64,000 nt of DNA from Neoechinorhynchus agilis. Taxonomy: Eukaryota; Animalia; Acanthocephala. The DNA lies in NCBI GenBank assembly GCA_051530055.1, contig CM121343.1, forward strand, positions 4,744,389-4,808,388. The letters run 5' to 3'. This document shows, piece by piece, positions 11,183 to 23,405 of the stretch (position 1 is its first letter; the number at the start of each line of letters is the position of its first letter). The position numbers were made by a program, and so were the translations under genes. Below the pieces are notes generated by a model, which was given only the letters and a program-made list of their open reading frames with translations, searched no databases and was not told the origin of the DNA.

Positions 11183-14100
11183 TATTCGCAAGAAAGTAAC
11201 AATATATAGCCGAAGTTATTTGGAGTGAAGCTTGCAGTCAAGGATTAAAGCAACGCTGACCATTTTTTTGCCTTATTGGCCCATTCATCTCTATGTATCC
11301 ACGTGTAAGGGAGATTGCTTAGAGCATCAAGGAAGGTGCGTGTGAAGATTGGTCTCTGTTCGGGGGTCTACCTCTCGAATAATAGACTAGGCCTGATATA
11401 GCCCAACAGTTCCAAATGCACTTGGTGCTATGAGAACCGAGCCCCAGTTTATGAGCTCTGTTAGCCTTCAGTTTAGCGACCCGTAACAGTCGCTTAAATT
11501 TGCTGAGATCATGTTTTGGGGACATATTGGGAGTGAGCGTGAAGCCCAGCACCGTGATCTTATTGGAAATAGAAGAAGATGATATGTTAAAAAAGTTATT
11601 ATAAAAATCGCGTACGCGTCGTTTCCCCGCTACTGATCTCGATTTTAAAATAAATTGGGTTTTAAGTGGGTTGAATGATAAACCCATTTGTGGGAGAGTA
11701 GAATTTAGGTATGCTAATAATTCCGAAAGTTTCTTTATGGCTGAGATATAATTCGATTCCTTAATCACCGCAGTGAAATCATCTGCAAATAAAGTTAGGT
11801 CGTTGCAGATTGAGCAGTTCTTGATAAGAAATTGAGACGCCAAGCAGAAGAGGATGGGCGATAGCGGGGATCCTTGTGGCGCTCCTTTCGTTTGGTGGTA
11901 GACGTGTTGGGATGTGTCATCTTGAAAAAATAATTTTTTAGATACCATAGTATTATGCACCCTGGCAATAAGATTATAGGGGAATTGGAAGTAACGGAGG
12001 ATCTCACTAATAAAATTAATATTAATGTTATCAAAAGCTTTTGAGATGTCAAAGGAAATTAGAATATTCATTGATTTCTGATTTCTATTAAAATTAGCTA
12101 AAATTTCAGCCATTGCCGTATGCACAGACTTACGAGGTAAAAATCCATGGCATCTTTTATCGATGCAATCATTGCCTAAGGCAAATTGTAAAAGAGATTT
12201 AGCCAGTGCCCTTTCGTAAATAGATACCAATAAGTTTTGTATAGAAATTGGTCGAACGTCTCCTCCACCCGTAACTTTTTTACCCTTCTTTTTAATCAGG
12301 AAAATTCGTTTCGAGAGGTTTATGTGCGCCCATTCCTCAGCGGATATTGACCTTATTCAGAACATTAGTCGCTTTCAGGCAGATCGAAGAGCCATTGTCA
12401 GAGGTCATATCCGTCGACCTCTACCATTGAACAATGTCGGACACTTGGAGATCAAACCTTCTTGGTTTAAGAGGTAAGAAGACTGGCTGGGAGCTCACTG
12501 AACAACCATTGGAGTGGCATTCACAGAGTGTTTTCACCACAGCCATGATCCCCGAGGTCTTTATCCATGATGCGGCCGCATGCTGCCAAGGGATGAATCT
12601 CTTCCTAGTGACAACTCGCCACCACAGAGAGGAGGTTGGGAGGAGTGTTTTAATCAATCCTCTATCCTTGTTTAATTGGTGACGGGCTCTACAGGGCCAG
12701 TACAATGATGACCAGAATTTGACCGCAGAAGGGTTACCTTGGGTTTTCGCTCACATTTAGTTCTTACCATACAATGAAAGGATGCGCGGGGTTACATAGG
12801 AGCGCTTGACATGGTTGACCGTAGTAAGAAAGTCTTTACTAGCAGAAATTAAAAAATTATTGATTTCATCCATAGATGCAATTTTGTTACTGATAAAAAA
12901 GAAATTCAGAGCCGCATTAAAAAGGAAGATATTAAGGGAGCTAAGCTTGAATTTTTTTACAGAGTAAAATGTTTTCGTCGAAACCCCATATGATGCAGTC
13001 ATGTCCAATTCTACGAAATGGGGAGTTTTGAGAGGTGGTGAATGGCTTTACGGAACAACTTCGCCGCCAAAGGCATAGATCCAGGTAAGATAATGAGGAT
13101 GTGGACTGAAATGTGTGATAAGTGGGAGTAACAATGTCGTGGGAGTCGGTTGCCCTAATTACGGCTTTGAGCCACTTCTGGGATGAGTCATTAAAATCTC
13201 CAAAGATAAAATCTATCTCTGAGTTTAAAATGTTTTTTAGGCAAGCCTTAATTTCGAGTAGATGAATCTTGCCGGGTCTAATATAGATATTACATAATAA
13301 TAAAACCTCACCCTTATAGTTAAAAGAAAAAATCGCATAGGACATGATCGGGGAAGCGTATTCGGAGATCCTTTTAGGTAAGAAATATGGGCGAAAAATG
13401 GATAAAAGGCCCTGAGAGTTGGCAGAGAATGGAGGTGTTATAAAAAAAATAAAGTCATTAAAAAGGTGAAACATACTATTTAGAAGATCTGAAATCGAGT
13501 AGATCGATTTTGTTTCTTGTAACAGGAGTATGTCGCATTCTTTAAATTCGGGCTTTAGCTGTGATAGGCCTAGCGACCCCCCTGCATTCCACTGCACTAA
13601 CCTGAGGCTCATCGCGCCCTGCCCTTACGTTTGGAGTATAGCATATGAGGCTTCGCAATCATTTTGTGATTCCCGTTCTCAATAATCAGTTTTTGTTCCT
13701 CGATGATTTGCCTCACAAAATTCTCGTTATCGAGGACAGAGATATCTTTGTCTACTGACGTTGTTTCGTCTGGGAGGAGATGAAAACATCCTTTTAGCAG
13801 GAACATTCAACTGCATTGACGAAGTTTTAAGAAGACCGGAGAGGCTGTTGTCAATAGAGTTGACAAGTGCTTCAAAATGTGCTGCAAGTCTCTTTTCCAG
13901 CCCTTGGATTGCGTAGTTTATCCTTCTTTCCACCAGACTCATAATGTTCTCTGAAAACTCTTCGAACTTCGTGTCCAATGAACAGGAAGAGGCAATGTGA
14001 TTGCTCGTTTGAGAAGATAGCGTGACTGTAGGTCTCAGACTGAATGAATGTGGAGCTGCGCTGGTCTGTTGAGCAGTATGCATTCTGGGTGCTATCACCT

Positions 14101-15200
14101 TGTTAGAATATCTAGAGGCCTAGTTAATAGTCTTTAAATGTAGGGCATGTTTTAGCAAAGGCACAATGACCAACTGATCCACAATTAGCACATTGTCTCG
14201 ATGACTTTGGGCAGGCTGAAGAATGATGATCTGCAACACAGAAGGCGCAAACAGTTTTCTTGGAGGGGCATTTTTGTGCCCAGTGTCCCCATTTCTGACA
14301 GAGGTTACATTTCGGAAATATAAAATTATCTTGGAGCGAGATTTTGTTCTTTACAAATTTTACTTCCATCGACATGAAGGAACAAGAGGATGTTGTCAAT
14401 TTCTCTTGAATGTGAACTGGAGCTTTTACCACTGCTCGTGGGATTGGTTTGCCGGTTTTCAATGATTTCAGGAAAAAGACCACTTCAAAGCCGAATTTGC
14501 ATTCAAAAGCTTTCCTGTCCTCAAGTTCTATATCCGGAGATAGACCCGAGACAATGAAAGTTGACTTATAGCTGGAGTCAGTAATTTTAAGAGAAGGGTC
14601 CGCATTGAAACTGTTTAGGAAGACCTTATATTGTTTCATAAAGATATCGGAGACGAATTGGATTTTCAAGGTACCTCCATAATATCAGATGGATTTGATG
14701 CGATTATAATCATCTTTCAAAGAACGCGGTCATGGCGTAACATATTTGTTGCGTAGACGATTTCGAGGTTGGATTGGATTAGTTGTGAGCGAGACTGAGA
14801 ATGGCCATTTTTTAATCGGGAGATCCTGATATTGTAAATCATTGGGTGAATTTTCTTGGATATTCCCGAAAGGCTGATGACAGGTTTCCGGGAAAGTAGA
14901 GATTGGGTTATTAGGAGTTTGGTGTATGTTCCCGAAGAAATATTGTGTGCTCCGAAGGAACTGGTGACTGACTTCAGGGTTGAATTGCCTATCTTCGTCT
15001 CCATCCGTATCCATTGGTTCCGTGACGACATCATCCGGAGGAACGGGTGGGATAACAAAGGCAGGTGAAGGATGAATGGGTGGCCGTATGCCACTCTCCA
15101 CCGCAACGACAGGTTGCGAAAACATGTCGACGTCTCGATAGTCAATGTATATCGCTTCAACGATCACGCGTATGTATCGATTGTCACTCCGCATCTATAC
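11183..15200 (-). mobile_element. Non-LTR retrotransposon B, related to A (Gag-knuckle ORF1; APE+RT ORF2), degenerate
   Basis: ORF1 pieces 15194-13609 with CNLCQKWGHWAQKC, CAFCVADHHSSAC and CANCGSVGH. ORF2 from 13612 with QWNAGG, LLQETK, NIYIRPG, GDFND, YLDLCL, then HGFLPRKS, FDISKAFD, GAPQGSPLSP and FADD. AATAAA near 11183. Confidence 0.92.
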
Positions 15201-15262
15201 ACTGACGTTGTCAAAATCAATGACGAAAATTTTGTGATCTAAGAAGCGCTCATTCCAATTTA

Positions 15263-15792
15263 TTATCCAAAAATCGTCGCATTCTTCATCTTCACCGCTA
15301 TCCATTGAAATTGTACAAGCAAACTCTCTTTCCACTCATTGAGATAGTGGCAGTGTTGAGTAAGTTGCCTGCTTTGGACTTGGCAGATAATTCTTTGTTT
15401 CCGAGAATTCAGTTCCGTACGAAGGAACTGTGGGATTTCTTGGTGAGAAAGCAACTGCTGTTTATTTTCTGAGGATATTTAAATCCTCCGTTTAATGGTT
15501 TTCACTGTTTGCCGCCCTCCGCCGCAGCAACAGGTTGTGAAAACCTTAATTGTGGCGGGAAGAGCAAAAATTCCAGAGTCGAATCAATTAATCTATCTGG
15601 TTTGAATAAATCGAATTTAGTTGCTGACGTTGACGCATTATCGGGTGTTTGATTTGCGTTGCATTTTAGTACTTGTGAAAGGAAGAAGTTATAATTTAAG
15701 GGAGTTGTGTCCATGTTTGTAGTTTTCGGGAAGTTTGTTTTCGAGGCAATAACTTTAAGAATTAACCGCTGATATTTTGATACTCGGTGCAT
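15263..15792 (-). pseudogene. Degenerate extra copies of the LINE B ORF1 5' region
   Basis: FSQPVAAAEGG (15.5 kb) resembles FSQPVVAVESG in element B. The string CAGTTCCTTCG (minus strand) is shared with element B. Confidence 0.45.
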
Positions 15793-16408
15793 TTCGTAGG
15801 GCTTACGATCAAATGAATCACGAATAAAGAACTACTCAACGCACAAATTTTGGGTGAAACCGTTTGCGGAGATATCGTCGGGTGCTATTATTAGTCAGCA
15901 ACTTTAAGCTTCCTTTCTTTAGCAAACTAGGTATAAGGTGTGATAGTTTTGCCATGAGTAAAGATACTGGTTCCGATGAGACGATTTCGAAGGTTGGCAC
16001 AAGCGCATCGATACTAGTGGAGATCGACTTAATCAATCAGCGGTACAGTGCACTTAGATGTATTATTTTGACTAATGCATTTGTGTGACAGGAGTAAATC
16101 GTTGCTGCGAAGGCTATCGAGTCCACTTGTAACATTCTCACGGAGTATTGAGGCTCTTGATGAGTCCGAATTAGCAGGTATGGAAACTATGCGCCAAATT
16201 CCTAGGTTCGCTAATTATGGAATTGATCGAAATATTTTAGCTTATACTTTACTTAATTCATCTACCTGTATAGGCAGCGGATAATTTATATATTCTTAAA
16301 TATTAAAGAATAAAAATTTTATACATTTTTTATTTTCTATATATCTATAGTTGGAAAATTCGTTTTTATCATTTAAGAATACTTATTTCGAATATCGTCA
16401 TACAGCAA

Positions 16409-16473
16409 GGGGACGAAATACCGCTGAAGGGAGGAAACTCACTGATGAGTCTCGCCTCCTGTAGGTATCTGAG
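16409..16473 (+). ncRNA. Candidate non-circularly permuted hammerhead ribozyme with intact core, within a dispersed relative of the 316-bp satellite (about 16400-16600)
   Basis: GGGAC(16410-14)-GAA-ATACC(16418-22) ... CTCA(16438-41)-CTGATGA(16442-48)-GTCTC(16449-53) ... GGTAT(16464-68)-C(16469)-TGAG(16470-73). All three stems pair, and the linkers pair as GGGAGG/CCTCCT. Confidence 0.65.
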
Positions 16474-16636
16474 GATCCGGAGGAATGTACAAACTCATAA
16501 CCTTATTGTTCAGGGTATTAAATGATTTTTTGCGCTTCCCTGAACCAGATCGGTAGGCTGTGTGCCCAAGGAAAATTATCAGCCGTGGAAAAAAGCCGCA
16601 CATTGATATTTAACTTAATGTTTGTCAAAATATCAA

Positions 16637-19600
16637 ATGGTTAGTCAATTTTTCTGCGCTCATTGCCAAACGGCAAAGTATCGTTTGTCATTGTAGTGAG
16701 CATTTACTCACTTTTTCTTTTCTATCTAGAATCTGCGAATTCAATCGGCAAGTTAAATACAAGTTGAAATATTAAACGTTCTTTTATAATTTTTATTCGT
16801 ATACTATATATTTATCCGTTTTGTTTTAAATAGGACTAATAAATGCGCTGCCTGATCGAATCACATTGTGGAACCACGTCCTAGGGAATTGGGACGAATA
16901 TGGGAGAAGGCGTTCCAATGTTTTTAAGGTATAATTTTATATGATTCCAAAGAAGATTTAAATTAGTAACTCTTTGTATAGGAAGCGATATATGGTGGGA
17001 TCGAAGATTCCGTAAGAGGAGAAGTGTGGCTTCAAATGAGTACAACCGACCACTCAGTGGATATACGGCGAGAATTTCGAGAAAATAGATGGCTCCCTTC
17101 TGATGATGAAATTATAATTAGCCGGGACATTAGCCGTACATTTCCTAGAGTTTCCATGTTTGCTGAAGTCAACAGCCATGGGCAAAGAGATCTTTTTAAT
17201 CTATTGAAAGTTAGTCAAAGGTGATGAATCATCTAAAGTGTCCTAATGAAGTTTAAAGGTTTATTCTTTGCACGATTCAACGACGGGTTATTGTCAGGGA
17301 ATGTCCTTTATTGGAGCGATTCTATTGATGAAGGTAGGAGTGTAGGTATTTTTAATTTCCTCACGCTAACAATCCTGAGCCAGATGAAACTCAATGATGC
17401 ATATGTAACCCTGGTATATTTGATGGACGTGTTGGAAATGAAACTTCTGTATGCTAAAGATATGATTAGTTTGCAATGCGTAATATTTCAATTCTCAGAA
17501 CTTCTTGAAGTAAATGTAAAATCCTTAAATTATCACCTTCATTCACTTTAGGAGCATTGTCCTGCTTTATTAAGCCACTTTCGAAGCGTGGAGTTTGATC
17601 TATCTTTATTTTGCTGTTATTTCTTGACACTATTTGCAACAGTTTTTCCACTTGACGTTGTCCTGCGCATTATGGATATTTTGTTACTTGAGGTATGTTT
17701 CATTCTTTAACTTCCACGTTTGCAGTAATCTTTAAGGGTATACACTTCATTTTTAAAATTGGCTTAAGCCTTTTACAAATGCACCAACATGAACTAATAA
17801 CAATGGACATGGAGAACATTCAGACGGTAATTATTCCATATACAATCCAAAAAGACTTGTATTTAAGAAATTTTATAAAAAATGTAAAAGCGTATTTACA
17901 CCTAAATTCATATGATACAGTTTTTCTATTTATATCTCCTTGCTCATAAGTCTTCGTACTACGTTGATTTTAGCAACGGTGATTGCAGTGTCGCTTTAAT
18001 ACAACATTTTGTCCAATAAAATAACTATACATGTAATATAGTTTCTCACTGAGGGGCTTAAAGTTACTGATGTTATATATGTGCAATATTTAATCGATTC
18101 AACCAGAAGCATTGCGATCGACAGAAAATCAATGAAAAGGTAAATAATCATATCACGCAAAAAATTTTGCTAAATTCTCGATTATTGCCGCGATTTGAAT
18201 AAATTCACTAATCTGCGTTGCCGTCTGCGTGACTCTAACGATTGACCCTTGCAAGTTTTTAATGACCCATGAAACGTACCAATGATCGACCAAATTGATT
18301 TCATGTTTTTAAAATCATTCATCATCTCCAATTGCTCAGTTTCGAATTTATCTTCTAGTTTAATTAGTTAAAGTAACTCCTTACACAACGACCTACAATC
18401 TGTGCAACTGGTTTCGTTAAAAAAGGAAAATAGAACTGATACTAATTACAATCTAAATTTTTCAACAATGCCTTGAAAGCGACTAGTCTAGACGATATGG
18501 TCTACATTGTTTGCAATAATTTTTCGAGGCCTTGTTCAAACCCTCATCACAAAATGTTTTTTTTTTGAAACCGAACATTATTAGATCAGAGAAGAATTTC
18601 AAAAAAAAGTTTCAGGTTCATCAGCAGCAAGAGGATATAGTGAGTTCAGCCAGGAACGTCTTAATTTATTTGTGACGTCTAAAAAATATATTTAGAATCT
18701 CAAAATCGAAAATAAAGCGTTAAGGGCGATGGTAAACAAGCTCGAGACTGTAAGTAATTGGAATATCTATAGCATTTTAATCATTTGCGTTTCAAAAGGA
18801 AAGCGCGGTGATTGCAAAGCGACTACTAGACACTCAGGTTAGATTTACTGAAAGGGAATACGTATATGAATCAATTCAAGATCGATCACATCCACATGAT
18901 TCAGTACTTCGTTCATATTTTCGTTCGTTTGGTTCATATTATCAAGTAGTTGAGATCATCAGTGGATACTCTATCGGAAGTTGTTAACATACAAAGTGAT
19001 CAGATTGATATGGAAAGATATGTTAATGAGAAAAACTCAGTTATGCTTAAATCGTACAGGGAAACCCTTGACACGCTACAGTCAGAATTAAAAGTAACGT
19101 ATTTATGACAAACTAAACTTGTAAAAATGTTCCGAATTGCGTTTAGACTCATATAGTATCCTGCCACCTCAAACAAGGAAACGTATCAAACGTTGAAGCA
19201 GATGAGAAGTTGATACAGTTGTTAAGAATATCAAGCTTAGAAGCTGAAGTAGAAAAACAAGAATTTAAGAAATGTATCAAGCAGTTAAAAACAAGGGTTG
19301 AATAAACCTCAGTGCATGATCATTCCTATTTCTAATGCACATTTAGATTGAATTTCTTCAAGCAACCGCAACTACTTCAGACAAGAAAATCAAAGATCTA
19401 CTGTCAGCGATTTGTAAAAAGACGGTTGAAATTGAACATGAAAAAAGACTTAATAGGCAGTATAAAAGAAAAATAGAGGATTTAGAATTCGAGGTATTTT
19501 TGTCACCATGAAAAGCATCTATACAGTTATTTTAGATCAGTGAGATTAAAGCAAAGTCAAAAATGGATCATGCTCAAGGGATAGTGACGATTACAGCACT

Positions 19601-19783
19601 GCGGCAGCGTATATCGCAGTTAGAGCTGGATTCAGTAACTGTTGATCACATTATTGGAGCGAATTCCGACGATATCGAGTACATTGAGAAGCAAGAAAAA
19701 TTTGACGACCATGTTCAGTTCCGATAAACGTTTCGTTGTATTTTAAGGGTAAAGCGGTACAAACACCTATAACCGTATATTAA
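16637..19783 (+). CDS. TBC-domain Rab GTPase-activating protein with C-terminal coiled coil (EVI5/RABGAP1-like), multi-exon with mostly short GT-AG introns
   Basis: Spliced reading gives WNHVLGNWDEY, GIEDSVRGEVW, ISRDISRTFP, GQRDLFNLLK|VYSLHDSTTGYCQGMSFIGAILL and FLTLFATVFPLDVVLRIMDILLLE|GIHFIFKIGL. Example intron about 17510-17551 (42 nt). Start and end approximate. Confidence 0.85.
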
Positions 19784-19899
19784 CAACGATAATTTATTGC
19801 GATCTCACGAAGCGAAAATATGTTTATCATTTCATAATTAATAGGAGCTTTATGGAAGCCCATTTGTTAAAAGAGAATTTCATTTAACCTTTTTGTACA

Positions 19900-20350
19900 G
19901 TTGATCAAATTCGCAAAGTTGATTTTCATCCGTTCACCGAATACCTTTGTAAGATTTTCAACAAACAATCAAAACGCTTCTCAACTCTTCCTCTACAATT
20001 TTTACAACACTTTACTCCCCTTTTAACACGAGCACAATACTTGCAATCCCAAATTCCTATCATCCTCCCTCAACCTCGATCCTTTATCTACCTCCGTTTC
20101 TTTTTTCCATATTGCCCCATATCCACGGATATCATAGCCCAAAATAAAACTGAATAAAAAGCTTACCTGGCAAACTCTTCTCGACTCGAATAACCAAATA
20201 CCTTCCCCCATTCGACCGAACTGGTTATAAACTCCAAAATGAACAGCCACATTCACACCTTTCACGTAAAACAGCTCTACCAGCGAAGCAAGAAATGCTA
20301 ATACTTTCCTCAGTTTTAAGAATAAGAAATCAACCTTTTTATATTTGTGG
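19900..20350 (+). mobile_element. 3' fragment of an L2/CR1-like LINE family
   Basis: Near-identical to 30780-31035, partly to 34300-34600, and to the reverse complement of 60790-61075 (GTTGATTTTCATCCGTTCACCGAATACC...CAAAACGCTTCTCAACTCTTCC). Confidence 0.75.
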
Positions 20351-20689
20351 CAATTGGGCATAAATAGCGATTTCTATTATTTAACCTTCAATAAAAGGGG
20401 GGAGAGCGAGAAAGCAAACCAGGCAAAGGTTGTTAGTGCAAATTGCAGCATAATTCTTGAAACGTCGGATGCATTGCAAAAATTTTAAAGCCATAAAAGA
20501 TCTCATTACTCAAGAAGGAATGCATCCCGCAAAAAACGAAGATAGTTTTGTTAGCATTTGCAATGAAGTTTTCAATAAGGAAGTCACGTTCAGAAATCTC
20601 ACGACTAAGAATGAAGATGAAATCTCTGTGGGAGTAGCTCATAAGGCTTCTAAGTGGAAGTGAAGCAATCTGGGTCAACGAATATGTCA

Positions 20690-21230
20690 ACAGATTCTCT
20701 ACCCACACATCCACCTAATCATGTTCATTATTTTCATTTCCTCAACTTTTCGAATAAATCGATTCGGCTCTTCACCTTTCACCATATCGCTCCATTTGAT
20801 CCTCCGTTTCGCGATAGCTTCCTTCACGTCCTCCACTTTCGCTGAGCCCCGGACAGCATTATTTGGGATAATGTCTTGCCTGGTCACCCCACACATCCAC
20901 CTAATCATGTTCATTTCGGCCTCCTCTGCATTCGCTTGATGTGATTGGCAGTGGTGTTCAATGTCTCCACCCCATATAACATGGCTGGTCAGATTGCTAT
21001 CTTGAAAACTCTACCTTTTAAGACCAGAGGCACTTTGCTATCACACAAGATCTCAGTTAGACTTTCCACTTCATACATCCGCTATTTATTCTCAATGAAA
21101 TCTCGGCGGTGATATCGTTTAGCATCGACACTATAGAGAGCCGAGGTACTTTAATTTGTCGAATTTCTGCAGCTGTGTCGTTAGGAATATGATACACATC
21201 ACGGGGCTCGTGTGGGACCCAAAGGTAAAT
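20690..21230 (-). mobile_element. RTE-clade LINE RT C-terminal fragment, degenerate, with internal duplication
   Basis: KYLGS, then EMNMIRWMCGVTRQDIIPN.AVRG...KRRIKW. The MNMIRWMCG segment is repeated. Confidence 0.8.
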
Positions 21231-22516
21231 GGTTCCTCCTGTTTGTGCTTTATCTAATAAAACTTCTTATTAAAACTTGGAAAAATGACTAATCTTCGGG
21301 CAATGGATCGAACCGTAATTGTTTTCTAGTCCATTCGAACACTACAACATACCAAAAAACCTGCTATGTTGGAACCCATTCTGTTCAATTGACAGAAGTC
21401 ATTGCATGCGCTTCATTCCATTCATTTCGCGCAGCGATTCGATAACTCATGAAATGTCACGTCAAAGAATTCAGCGACGATGAGGTCATTTTGTTTAACG
21501 GGGAAATGGGGTTCTTCGTGTATCAAAACGATGTCTTCGCACCTCACTGTTTCCTGCAAACAAATCAGCAACTCAAACGTTCAGCGTTACCTCGTACGCA
21601 GATCTTAAACTGTTATCATAACGTAGCTGCGATTTATAACTATCATCGAAACCATTTTGACACAATCACATATTGAACATTTGATTATGTTTTAAGCAAA
21701 ATGCTATTCAATTTAAATAATACGTAAAAGATGCCAATGGAATCAAGGTAGGTAATCCATTTTAACCAAATTCGGCAATTAATTTCAACAAGGTCGAAAA
21801 TTTGTAAAATTATATACCGATCTGCTCATGTCACGTAGAGCTATAATTTCATTTTTAATATGCGTTCTCTGGTGATGAGAAGAATAGATATTGATTTATT
21901 GTTCTCAATATTTCGTCCGTCTCGTCAAACTTCTTTGAGTTGTTTGCAAGTTCTTACAAAATTTCATTTTCAGAAATTTGCGCAGAGTTAAAGTGGCCTG
22001 CACGCAAACAAACATACCCATTCCCGTAGAATTGAAAATTCGAGCGTATACTCACTTCGTTCTATTTTCAGAGGTTCAAAAATTGAAGCGTTAATTTTGA
22101 AACCGAAAAAACCCGAAAGAATCCAAAAACTGAATGACGTAACAACAGAGTCTGCACCACGGACACTTCCATTGGTATGCATAAATTTTATGATACGAAT
22201 AGTGCAATTTATAGTAAACGCTTCCTACTTTCTATAATCAACGAAATTCATAGGCATAGCTCACCTCACAAGCTGAGGATAGACCCGAAGAGGTTCGCAG
22301 ATCGTCCCTAATAAACTCTTCAAAGGGGTAGCGACTTCTAAACAATAATTCTTCTAAAGCCTAGGCGTCACGTATCATAAATTTTCAGGGAAAATTTTTG
22401 GAATCATTTTTTTATTGTTTCCGGTTAAAATAGAATGGCTCCCGGTTCAAGGTTCCTTTATTATTATGAAATATTTTTGCTAACGAGCTCTCAGTGTGAA
22501 AAAGTTACAACTTCAT

Positions 22517-22617
22517 TTGTACGTTGGCGAATCCTGTCCCCGGTGTTGTCGTTACTTATTTTTTTATTTGAAATATTTCGCACGACAACACTGGGGACAG
22601 GATTCGCCAACGTACAA
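22517..22617. repeat. 36-bp inverted repeat (one mismatch), 29-nt spacer
   Basis: TTGTACGTTGGCGAATCCTGTCCCCGGTGTTGTCGT at 22517-22552, with its reverse complement at 22582-22617. Confidence 0.85.
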
Positions 22618-22689
22618 TCAAATTCACCCCGAGGACAATGATATATGACATAACTTTATTTTTGGAATATTATCGTCGAGGGAAAAAGA

Positions 22690-22825
22690 TAATTTCTTTT
22701 GGTAGCTTTGCCACCCGGATTTAAATTCATAGATTTATTGCCGCGGATAATTCCGACATCCGGCGAAATATCGGTAATAAATTAGTGAATTTAAATCCGG
22801 GTTGCAAAACTACCAAAAGAAAATA
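22690..22825. repeat. ~50-bp imperfect inverted repeat (hairpin)
   Basis: TTCTTTTGGTAG.TTTGC.ACCCGGATTTAAATTCA...ATTTATT.CCG at 22694-22743, with its complement at 22772-22821. Confidence 0.8.
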
Positions 22826-22852
22826 ACTTTATCATTTCTCAATACTTTAACA

Positions 22853-22893
22853 ATGACTGATGAGGCGGAGTTTTCTCTTTCGAAATATTTCAT
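22853..22893 (+). ncRNA. Minimal type I hammerhead (PLE type), stem II partly decayed
   Basis: ATGA-CTGATGA-GGCGGAG(TTTT)CTCTTTC-GAA-ATAT-T-TCAT. Same family as 58598-58636. Confidence 0.6.
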
Positions 22894-23405
22894 AATTATA
22901 AAGGAATCTTTAACCCAGATTATGTTCAAAAGCCATTCAATATTTACCATCTCGAAGGATCTTCTTGATATGAGAAAGGCTGAATATCCTCTGAAATACT
23001 GAAGTCAATAGACTTATGAGGTTTTGTTTGTTCCTTTCATAGTCGGTTTGATAATTAATTTAAGGGGAGCGCTACATCGAAATGAGATGAAAGGGATTCG
23101 CAGTATTCCCTCCATCAGAGTCAGGCTTAAATCTATTCTACACAACCAGGTAAATTCAAGTCTAATTAAAAATGTATTTTTTGAATCTCAGTTTTACCCG
23201 TCACATGCGCCTTGGTGCCACGAATTTTACTTCATTCAAAACGCAAAGTCACACAAAAATTTTGTGAACATTAAAATGAGGGGAGACCCGCTTTTGCGAT
23301 AGCACATATCAAAATCTAACGCAAATCAAAAACTAAGCGCTCATTTAAAATTGTGATTGATTGTGCCTAATTGAATAGTTGTGCTATTGCTTGATTTCAG
23401 AGAAA

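Noticed and set aside
21240-22182. Possible spliced gene on the minus strand
   Set aside because: Splice-like signals present, but stops in candidate frames and no recognisable homology.
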